A program made the position numbers and the translations under genes. From an uncultured Planctomycetales bacterium (GTDB lineage: Bacteria; Omnitrophota; Gorgyraeia; Gygaellales; Profunditerraquicolaceae), in NCBI GenBank assembly GCA_964487475.1, contig CAZAPM010000001.1, positions 76,374 to 122,085 on the forward strand: a DNA stretch of 45,712 nt, written 5' to 3'. This document shows, piece after piece, positions 37,418 to 44,715 of this stretch (position 1 is its first letter; each line of letters opens with the position of its first letter). Under the pieces are notes generated by a model, which saw only the letters and a list, made by a program, of their open reading frames with translations, had not been told where the DNA came from and did not search any database.

Positions 37418-37750
37418 GTGAAAAAGAAACCGGCGGTAAAGAAAAAGAAAGGGTCCAGTTCGTTTCCTAAGGTCAAGAAGGAACTTTCCGAATTCCTTTT
37501 AAGCGAAGAAGGGAAGATGAGCAAGAAGAAGATCGCCAAGATGGGGATCGCGCTGGGGGCGATGGCGCTTTTCATGAAGCCCGAGGAATCGGGTGCGCAT
37601 CATTCGCAGGGGTTAGGTCAACCTGCGAGCCACACCAGCGGGGCAATGGGCGGAAGAGGGGGGCATTCCTCGCATTCTTCCCATTCTTCCCATTCTTCTC
37701 ATACGTCCCATGGGTCACATTCGTCTCACGGCAGCGGAGGATGGTGCTAA
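37418..37750 (+). CDS. hxsA: His-Xaa-Ser repeat precursor peptide HxsA (precursor 2)
   Basis: Core HHS...HTS...GG(HSS)4-HTS-HGS-HSS-HGS-GGWC; Lys-rich leader with KKELSEFLLSEEGKMSK; GGAGG RBS favours GTG 37418 over 37391. Confidence 0.9.
   Translation: MKKKPAVKKKKGSSSFPKVKKELSEFLLSEEGKMSKKKIAKMGIALGAMALFMKPEESGAHHSQGLGQPASHTSGAMGGRGGHSSHSSHSSHSSHTSHGSHSSHGSGGWC
37664..37735 (+). repeat. Eight 9-bp coding repeats encoding His-Xaa-Ser triplets
   Basis: CATTCCTCG CATTCTTCC CATTCTTCC CATTCTTCT CATACGTCC CATGGGTCA CATTCGTCT CACGGCAGC. Confidence 0.9.
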
Positions 37751-37790
37751 GCGGAGCGGTACGTCTCCGGTTCGCTCGCTGCCTTCAATT

Positions 37791-38939
37791 ATGGATTTGT
37801 CCCTGGGTGTCCGCATAAGTGGCCGGTGTAATCTTGCTTGTAGTTATTGCTATGCGGCGCGCGGGAGGAGGGATTTGCACTTTTCCCGTTTTGTCAAAGG
37901 GGTTGAAGCGTTCCGTCGATTCTCGCTTCGGTACGGACAAGGGAAAAGGCGTTTTTTCTTTCTGGGTGGCGAACCGTTGATGGCCTTCCCGTTGTTGGAA
38001 CGCAGTGTCCGGCATCTGCGTCAAGTGTTCCCCGCGGAAACAAGCGATATCTTTGTCACCACGAACGGTACTCTCCTCACTCCGCATGTGGTCGACCGCC
38101 TTCGTGAACTTGGGGTGAAGATCACCTTGAGCATGGATGGTGGGGAGGCCGCCCATGATTCGCATAGGGTGTTTGCCTCCGGGCGCGTTCGGGGCTCATT
38201 CGACCTTGTGCTGAGGCGTATCCTCCAACTTGATCCGTCCCAGCGCGCTTCGATCCGGATTCACTCCGTTCTTACCGCAACACATCTCGGCGGTCTTTTT
38301 CAATTCTGGCAGAGGATGCGGCAGCTCGGGTTCATGCGTTTTAACTTCATTCCCGTGCTCGATCGCGGGCATTGGTGTAAAGTAGCGATAGGCCGGGCGC
38401 AGAGGGCTTTCTCGAACGCTGCGCGCAGGTATATCGCGCTCTTTGAGGCAGGGGAGGAGCATAAGGCGTTTGTGCTCGACCCGCTGGATGACCTGCTGCA
38501 CGGGACGTTCGAGAGGCAGGGGGAGGTAGTGGTCAGGCAGGGGAAGATGTGTTCCTGCAATGCCGTGTGGCTGGACGTCTCCGGCGATTTTTATGCCTGT
38601 GACCCCGTGGACGCGTTGCCTGCGCGGCAACGGGAACTATACCGCATCGGCGACGTCTCTTCGGGTATTTCCGCCGCCCGACGCGCGCGCATACTTAAGG
38701 ACGCCGGAAATGCCGTAGTGCCGTATATCTCGGAGGTGCTCCCCAAGGGGGTGCCGTGTATGCTCTGCGCGTTCCCTTTTTACTTCTTGTCCCGAAACGA
38801 CAAGGGAAAACGGCGTGTCCAAACTTCGGAAGACCTCGAGGCATATTGCGGGATCATCCGCGTCTACACGGATTTCTTGCGGACGGTACGGTCAGCGTTG
38901 CAGGGGAACCGGATCTTTTCCCGGATCTACCATGTGTGA
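37791..38939 (+). CDS. Radical SAM protein (anSME/SPASM-like, reduced Cys set)
   Basis: RCNLACSYC, FLGGEPL, TTNGT, LSMDGG..AHD..R, CSC...GDFYAC...IGDV...CMLC. Confidence 0.85.
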   Translation: MDLSLGVRISGRCNLACSYCYAARGRRDLHFSRFVKGVEAFRRFSLRYGQGKRRFFFLGGEPLMAFPLLERSVRHLRQVFPAETSDIFVTTNGTLLTPHVVDRLRELGVKITLSMDGGEAAHDSHRVFASGRVRGSFDLVLRRILQLDPSQRASIRIHSVLTATHLGGLFQFWQRMRQLGFMRFNFIPVLDRGHWCKVAIGRAQRAFSNAARRYIALFEAGEEHKAFVLDPLDDLLHGTFERQGEVVVRQGKMCSCNAVWLDVSGDFYACDPVDALPARQRELYRIGDVSSGISAARRARILKDAGNAVVPYISEVLPKGVPCMLCAFPFYFLSRNDKGKRRVQTSEDLEAYCGIIRVYTDFLRTVRSALQGNRIFSRIYHV

Positions 38940-40329
38940 CGGTACCGTCTATCCCGAAAGGTTGTATAAGGCACTTACCGAAAAGATCGCCGCGACCGAT
39001 CATTCGGGGTATACTCTGCAATATCCTCCCCTTTTTCTTTGGGGGCGCACGTTCTCCGCGGGAGATATCCTCGCATCGATTAAGCGCCTGCTTGTGCCGG
39101 CAAAGCGGCACTTCGGATTGTACGTGCATATCCCGTTTTGCAGGGAAAAGTGCTTGTTCTGCAGGTATTATTCTCTGGCGATCGATAAAACTTCTGAGCT
39201 CGACCGGTATCTCGATGCCCTGGAGAAGGAGATGCGGACCTATGGCAGTGCCGCCAGGGGGGTCAGTTGCCGTACCCTGTATATCGGGGGAGGGACACCG
39301 GCGATATTCTCCCTTGCGCAGTTGCGTCGTCTTTTTGGAGTGGTCCGGGATGCGTTTGACCTGCGGTTGTGCGAGCAGATCGCGTTCGAGGGGAACGCGG
39401 ATTTCCTCGATACCAAAAAACTCCGGTTCCTGGCGCAGGCCGGCGTCGACCGTTTGACCCTTGGTGTGCAGAGCCTCGATCCGCGGGTGATCAGGATCAA
39501 TCGCAGATACCAGTCCGCACGGTCTTTCCATAGATGTTTCCGGGCCGCCCGGGAGGCGGGAATCAGGCATATCAACGTCGATCTCATGGCCGGGCTTCCG
39601 GGTCAAAACGACGCCAGTCTGGCCCGTACCGTTGAGGCAGTGCTTTCGCTCCGTCCCGATATGATCCACGTACATCCTTTTTACCCGACGTCTTTGACCG
39701 GATTCATGAAGGAGGGAGGCAGGATAACGTGGGAACAGGTCCAGGCACGGGAGCGTATGATCGAGATGTGCCGTAAGAGAGTGCAGGCAAGGGGGTATTT
39801 CCCTTTGCACTTCGATGCGCTTGGGATCACCCCCGGCGCATACAATAAACAGCTTTCGGATTCTATCGAGCATCTTTCTGCGTTCTTGGGACTGGGCGCG
39901 GGAGCCGTGTCGCACCTCACGGGAAATTATCGTTTTGCCAACGAGATCGACGTGATGGCCTACGGGGAGAAAGTGGCGCGTACCGGCACCGGGATCGCCG
40001 TGGCGTCGAAGCTTACCCTTAAGGATGAGATGGTGTATTATGTGACCTCCTGCTTGCGTTATGGCCCGGTCGATGACGGTGAGTTCACGCGATTGTTCGG
40101 GCGCAGCGTGCAGCGCGTTTTCCCGAAAGAGATACGCTCCCTGGCGCGTCTGGGGAAGATCTCCTGGACGGGTACACGCATTGAACCTCGTTTTTCCTCC
40201 CTGGGAGAGTATTTGGTATATTCTAAAACCTTCTATGGCCGCCGAGTGTTCTCTCGCTGGAAGCCACCCCAACGCGCGTTCCTTCGCGCGCCATTGCCGG
40301 AAAGGCAGATACGGTCGATGCTGCTATGA
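38932..40329 (+). CDS. HemN-like radical SAM (copy 1)
   Basis: QYPP, LYVHIPFCREKCLFC, LYIGGGTP, RLTLGVQSLD, INVDLMAGLPGQ, FLGLGAGAVSH. Confidence 0.88.
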   Translation: MCDGTVYPERLYKALTEKIAATDHSGYTLQYPPLFLWGRTFSAGDILASIKRLLVPAKRHFGLYVHIPFCREKCLFCRYYSLAIDKTSELDRYLDALEKEMRTYGSAARGVSCRTLYIGGGTPAIFSLAQLRRLFGVVRDAFDLRLCEQIAFEGNADFLDTKKLRFLAQAGVDRLTLGVQSLDPRVIRINRRYQSARSFHRCFRAAREAGIRHINVDLMAGLPGQNDASLARTVEAVLSLRPDMIHVHPFYPTSLTGFMKEGGRITWEQVQARERMIEMCRKRVQARGYFPLHFDALGITPGAYNKQLSDSIEHLSAFLGLGAGAVSHLTGNYRFANEIDVMAYGEKVARTGTGIAVASKLTLKDEMVYYVTSCLRYGPVDDGEFTRLFGRSVQRVFPKEIRSLARLGKISWTGTRIEPRFSSLGEYLVYSKTFYGRRVFSRWKPPQRAFLRAPLPERQIRSMLL

Positions 40330-41714
40330 GACCTTCTGAGTTCTTGAGGGATGCCGCTCTGGTGCGGCGCATCTGCGAAAAGGTCTTTTCTTCGCCTGTT
40401 TCTTTCGCGGGTACCGGATACGAGTATCCGCCTATGTTCTTGTGGGGCGAGATGGAGGAGCGTTCACTGCGCACGGGGTGGAAGGCTTTTGCCGCGTCGT
40501 CCCGATGGTATGACCCCGGTATCTACGTGCATATCCCTTTTTGCGCATCCAAATGCGGGTTTTGTGAATTCCTTTCTTTTGTGCCTTCGGCAGGTGAGGT
40601 CGACGAGTATCTTTTGCTTCTGGAGAAAGAGGCGGCGAGTCATTCTCGGTATCTCGGACGGATCCCCTGGAGGACGGTGTACATAGGAGGAGGGACGCCT
40701 TCTTTCCTTAGCGTGCGGCAGCTGCGGACGCTTTTTGACCGGGTTCTTCGAGGGAACTTCGATCTCGGTAGTTGCGTGCAGATCGCGTTCGAGGCGCATC
40801 CCGCGAGCCTTACCCGAGAGAAAGCGGCCGTCTTGAAGAAGTGCGGGGTGAATAGGTTGACTATCGGTGTACAAAGCCTGGACGCGAAGGTGCTTGCCAG
40901 GTGCGGTCGAAGGCAGGGTGAGGAGGATTTCGAACGCGCGATCAGGAACGCGAGGGATTGCGGAATCCCGCATATCAATGCCGATGTGATGGCCGGTATC
41001 CCTGGGCAGAGTGTGCGAAGTTTCTCCCGTACCATGCGCCGGGTGTGCGAGGCGAGGCCGTCGCTCGTGCACGTCAATCCTTTCCATCCGAGCGTTCCGA
41101 CCCGTTTTCCCTGTGGAAGCAAGGGGCCGGAGCCCCGTTTTCTCCAAAGACGGGACCGTATGGTTTCCTTGGCGCAGGAGATGCTTTGTGCACACGGCCT
41201 TACCAGCAGGGAGTATGCCGTGCCTTTTTCTTCTTCCCCTGCCCGTAACGTTCAGCTTACCGATCAGGTGCAGCATAACAGCGCGTATTTGGGGATAGGG
41301 CTGAACGCCTGTTCGCATATACCGTTTCACTCCCGTTACCTTAACGAAGTAACGATGCGGGAATATGCCGCCGCGGTCATGAAAGGGCGCATACCGGTAC
41401 GGTGCGGGCGGCGCATATCGAAGCAGGATGAGATGATATTCTATGTGTCGGCGAACCTCCGGTATGCAGGTGTGGCGCTCCGGGAGTTCCGCCGTCTTTT
41501 CGGTAAAGTGCCGCAAGAAGTGTTCGGGGAGGAGCTGGCGTTCCTTGCTGCGCGCGGAAAGGTTTCGTTGCAAGGGGAGTATATACTTCCGGGATCGATG
41601 AATACCGAGACTCGCGAACTCGGATCCCTGCCCGATTATTACTTTTATTCGAAGATCTTCTTCGGTTCGCGGGTGTTGCGCGAATGTGCGAGGGCGCTGG
41701 ATGTGGTGGCATAG
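40326..41714 (+). CDS. HemN-like radical SAM (copy 2)
   Basis: EYPP, IYVHIPFCASKCGFC, VYIGGGTP, RLTIGVQSLD, INADVMAGIPGQ, YLGIGLNACSH. Confidence 0.88.
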   Translation: MRPSEFLRDAALVRRICEKVFSSPVSFAGTGYEYPPMFLWGEMEERSLRTGWKAFAASSRWYDPGIYVHIPFCASKCGFCEFLSFVPSAGEVDEYLLLLEKEAASHSRYLGRIPWRTVYIGGGTPSFLSVRQLRTLFDRVLRGNFDLGSCVQIAFEAHPASLTREKAAVLKKCGVNRLTIGVQSLDAKVLARCGRRQGEEDFERAIRNARDCGIPHINADVMAGIPGQSVRSFSRTMRRVCEARPSLVHVNPFHPSVPTRFPCGSKGPEPRFLQRRDRMVSLAQEMLCAHGLTSREYAVPFSSSPARNVQLTDQVQHNSAYLGIGLNACSHIPFHSRYLNEVTMREYAAAVMKGRIPVRCGRRISKQDEMIFYVSANLRYAGVALREFRRLFGKVPQEVFGEELAFLAARGKVSLQGEYILPGSMNTETRELGSLPDYYFYSKIFFGSRVLRECARALDVVA

Positions 41715-42618
41715 CCGGGCCAGGCAGTGGCGGGCATTCTTTTCTTCCCTGTACGGTGATCTTAAGATCGAAGCCGGTGCGTTCCTCGGCACTGCGGTGG
41801 ATCTGTGCGCCCGCCAGGATATTCTCGGGGTGCAGGAGTTCGAATTCTCTTTGCGTCTGCGCGGCGGTGTTCCGCAACGGGCAGTGCGTGTGGTCAATTA
41901 CGATAACCAATCGTTCAAGTATCCCGATCTGTATGCTGCGCGTATCGAGATGTTGCGGGATATTCTGACGCGCGCCAAGGCATCCCCGCGGGCCTTGCGG
42001 TTTATGGACAACGCTTCCGCGTTTTCGGTGAGGGTGCCCATGTATTTAGGGATAGAGCTGAACCCTCAGGGAAAAGCTCTCTGTAAGATATATTGCAATG
42101 TCTATGGCATCGCCTCGGATGCGCTGCGGCGTCAGGTGGTGCGTCGGATGCTTGAGGGGGTCGCGGCCGTGCCCAGGATGCGCGCGTTCCCGTTCTCCCT
42201 TTTTGCCGTGGATTGTCTGCCCGGTTCCGGAGCGCTGCCGTGCAAGATATATTACTTGCATTCATTCAGTGAGAAGAGGCCGTTGCGTAGGGGAGGCTTC
42301 TCTGCGCAGGAGATCGAGGGGTTCCAGAAGCTTGAGCCGTTCGCGGGGCTGCCGTATTACGTGATCGCCGAAAGAGTGAAGGGTGCCCGCGTGTATTCCC
42401 GTAAGCTCGAAGTGGGGATCCGTCCCGATATTGATCAGAGAGTATTCCTGGCAGGTCTTCTGGCGGAAAGAGGGGTGCGGGATGCCGGCGGAACGGCCGA
42501 GCGTATCTTGCGTACCCGTCAGAGGTGCCGGACGCAGCTGCGCGTGGTGATCGTCGAAGGCGGCGTGCGTACGGTATACGTGCGCGTGATACGGGAGGGA
42601 AGGAAGGCGGATGAATAA
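41701..42618 (+). CDS. Hypothetical protein, candidate ABBA-fold (DMATS/LynF-like) prenyltransferase
   Basis: Repeated beta-hairpin signatures YLGIEL...CKIYC and FAVDC...CKIYY, plus EFSL and RKLEV strands; overlaps both neighbours. Start is 41686 or 41701. Confidence 0.45.
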   Translation: MWWHSRARQWRAFFSSLYGDLKIEAGAFLGTAVDLCARQDILGVQEFEFSLRLRGGVPQRAVRVVNYDNQSFKYPDLYAARIEMLRDILTRAKASPRALRFMDNASAFSVRVPMYLGIELNPQGKALCKIYCNVYGIASDALRRQVVRRMLEGVAAVPRMRAFPFSLFAVDCLPGSGALPCKIYYLHSFSEKRPLRRGGFSAQEIEGFQKLEPFAGLPYYVIAERVKGARVYSRKLEVGIRPDIDQRVFLAGLLAERGVRDAGGTAERILRTRQRCRTQLRVVIVEGGVRTVYVRVIREGRKADE

Positions 42619-43663
42619 GGAGATATACAAACTCGATCTGGCGCTGACCACGGCATGCAACCATGAGTGCCGGTATTGTTTCGTGGATAAGACCGGCGAG
42701 GTGATGCCGTTATCCGTGGCGAAGCGGGCGATCGATCTCTTGCTGGCCAGCCCCGGACGACGTAAGCTCCTGATCCTGTATGGGGGGGAGCCGCTGCTTG
42801 AGTTCGCTCTTTTGACGGGGGTGGTGCGCTATGCGCGGGCACAAGGAAGCCGGAGAGACAAGGAGCTGATCATCTCTCTCGGGACCAACGGTACCTTGTG
42901 CGAGGAGCGCCATCTCGAATTTTTCCTGCGTTACAGGGTGAAAGTCGCGTTGAGCCTCGACGGGCCCGGGCTGGTGCATGATGTCAACCGGCGGATGAAA
43001 GGCGCCCGCAGCTCTTTTGCGCGTATCTCGCGCAAGTTTTCCTTGCTGCATAAGTATCTTCCTCCGCAGGACCTGTGTGTGCTCTGCGGTGTGGATCCGC
43101 GTTTCGCCGGCCGCCTTGCCGGTATCTATGAGTTCATTGTTTCGCAGGGATTCACCGCGGTCAACTTCGAGCCGCTGGTGGGCGTGCCGTGGGATCGCGC
43201 AAGCCTGCGGGCATTTGCCCGGGGCCTTTCGGAAGTAGCGGGTTGGCAACTCACCCAGATATCCTCCGGGAAGTTCTATTTCCTTAACTCGGTAAGCCGC
43301 CTGCTTGCGGGGGACAGGTTCAATTATCTTTGTCCCTGGAAACGTTGCCTTGAAGTATACCCTTCGGGAGTTATGAGCTTTTCTCCGTTTCTGATCAATT
43401 CTCCGGAGAGAAAGCGTTATATCATCGGCAACGTCCTTGACGGGATGCCCGCGCGTTACGCCGGGTGCGTATATTCACCGAGAAGGAGGGCCTGCCAGGA
43501 GTGTTGGCCCGGGTTCGTGCCCGCAGCATACAATCCCGCGCCCGCGTATTTACTGCGTAACCGCGTTTCATCCAGGATGGCGACCCTGGTGCGCGCGTGT
43601 GCCGCTGAACACGGAGCGTTCAGGCGGTATGTCCGCGAGGCCAGGAAGAGGGTATTCGAATAA
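42611..43663 (+). CDS. Radical SAM protein (SPASM-like)
   Basis: ACNHECRYC, YGGEPLL, GTNGT, LSLDGP..VHD.NR, CPW...IIGNV...C...CQEC. Confidence 0.85.
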   Translation: MNKEIYKLDLALTTACNHECRYCFVDKTGEVMPLSVAKRAIDLLLASPGRRKLLILYGGEPLLEFALLTGVVRYARAQGSRRDKELIISLGTNGTLCEERHLEFFLRYRVKVALSLDGPGLVHDVNRRMKGARSSFARISRKFSLLHKYLPPQDLCVLCGVDPRFAGRLAGIYEFIVSQGFTAVNFEPLVGVPWDRASLRAFARGLSEVAGWQLTQISSGKFYFLNSVSRLLAGDRFNYLCPWKRCLEVYPSGVMSFSPFLINSPERKRYIIGNVLDGMPARYAGCVYSPRRRACQECWPGFVPAAYNPAPAYLLRNRVSSRMATLVRACAAEHGAFRRYVREARKRVFE

Positions 43664-44715
43664 TGGGGCCGCGACAGCTGAATCTTACGTTGCACATCAA
43701 CGAGCGCTGCAATCTTTCGTGCCGGTATTGTTATATCACCCAGAAGCCGAAGGCCATGTCCCTGGAAGTGGCCAAGAAGGCGGTCGATTGGGCCCTGGAG
43801 CGCGGATATCCCGAGACCATCATCAGTTTCACCACGGCAGAGCCTCTTCTCGACCTGCCTCTGGTGAAGCAGGTCGTTCGTTATGCGAGACGAAGAGGCG
43901 TGCGCAGGTTCGATCTGGCGACAAACGGTACTTTGCTCGATGCGCCGACGCTCAGGTATTGTCAGGATAATAACGTGGTGCTGCAGATAAGCTATGACGG
44001 CAGTACTCCTGCGCATGACCGGCTCCGATGCTCCCGTTCCATCACGAGCGTTTCCCGCCTCGTAGAGAAAAAACTTGAACTGGTTCAACGCTGGTACCGG
44101 CTGCATTTGGAGCTGCGGATCACCTTTACCCCCCGTACCGTGCCTTTTTTGTCGCGGACGGTGCGGTGGCTTGTCGAAAAACAGGTCTCCAGGGATATGC
44201 GCATCAACATGGTCCCCGTGGTGCATCGCACGGTATGGACGGAGAAGGATTTCGCCGTGTTGAGGCGGGAAGTGTTTGCGTGTGCCGATCTTTTTCTCGA
44301 ATATTACCGCAGGGGGAAGAAGCTTAACCTATGCGCGAGCGAGTGTCTGCCCCTGCCGTACCATTTCCTGTCTATTTACCGTAACCGTGATCGTCAGGAG
44401 ATGTTCTGTAACACGGGATATAGCATCCTCTCTGTTGACGCGGAGGGAAGGATATGGCCGTGTTACTGGCTGGGCGCAAGCCGTTTTGCGCGCAAAGATC
44501 GGCTGTGTCTGGGGTCGATATTCGAACCGGTGTTCGATAAGGCCAGGCTCGAGGGATTCGTCCCCATCCGGAGGAACCCGTTCCTGTCCTGCAGGGCTTG
44601 GAACTATCTCGTTAATCGTGATAGCGGCCAAGCGGTCAAAGTGTACCGTCGTTATTTCTCATGTTGGCTTGCGGCGTCAAAATATGTGCATTCGTCATCG
44701 GAGGTCAAGGTATGA
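43663..44715 (+). CDS. Radical SAM protein (twitch-like)
   Basis: RCNLSCRYC, TTAEPLL in place of GGEP, ATNGT, ISYDG...HD..R, FCNTG...EGRIWPC...LGSI. Confidence 0.85.
   Translation: MGPRQLNLTLHINERCNLSCRYCYITQKPKAMSLEVAKKAVDWALERGYPETIISFTTAEPLLDLPLVKQVVRYARRRGVRRFDLATNGTLLDAPTLRYCQDNNVVLQISYDGSTPAHDRLRCSRSITSVSRLVEKKLELVQRWYRLHLELRITFTPRTVPFLSRTVRWLVEKQVSRDMRINMVPVVHRTVWTEKDFAVLRREVFACADLFLEYYRRGKKLNLCASECLPLPYHFLSIYRNRDRQEMFCNTGYSILSVDAEGRIWPCYWLGASRFARKDRLCLGSIFEPVFDKARLEGFVPIRRNPFLSCRAWNYLVNRDSGQAVKVYRRYFSCWLAASKYVHSSSEVKV

Noticed and set aside
19128..37750. Tat signal peptides in the precursors
   Set aside because: MTKENLLK and MSKKKIAK resemble SRRxFLK in spacing but lack the twin arginines.
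38932..41714. Genuine hemN heme biosynthesis genes
   Set aside because: Tandem divergent pair inside a tailoring operon with no hem context; only family-level motifs match, so no symbol was assigned.
17696..41897. Long minus-strand ORFs (17696-18835, 22925-24103, 35121-36110, 38854-40272, 40464-41897 and others)
   Set aside because: Antisense shadows of well-supported GC-rich + strand genes, with no recognisable motifs.
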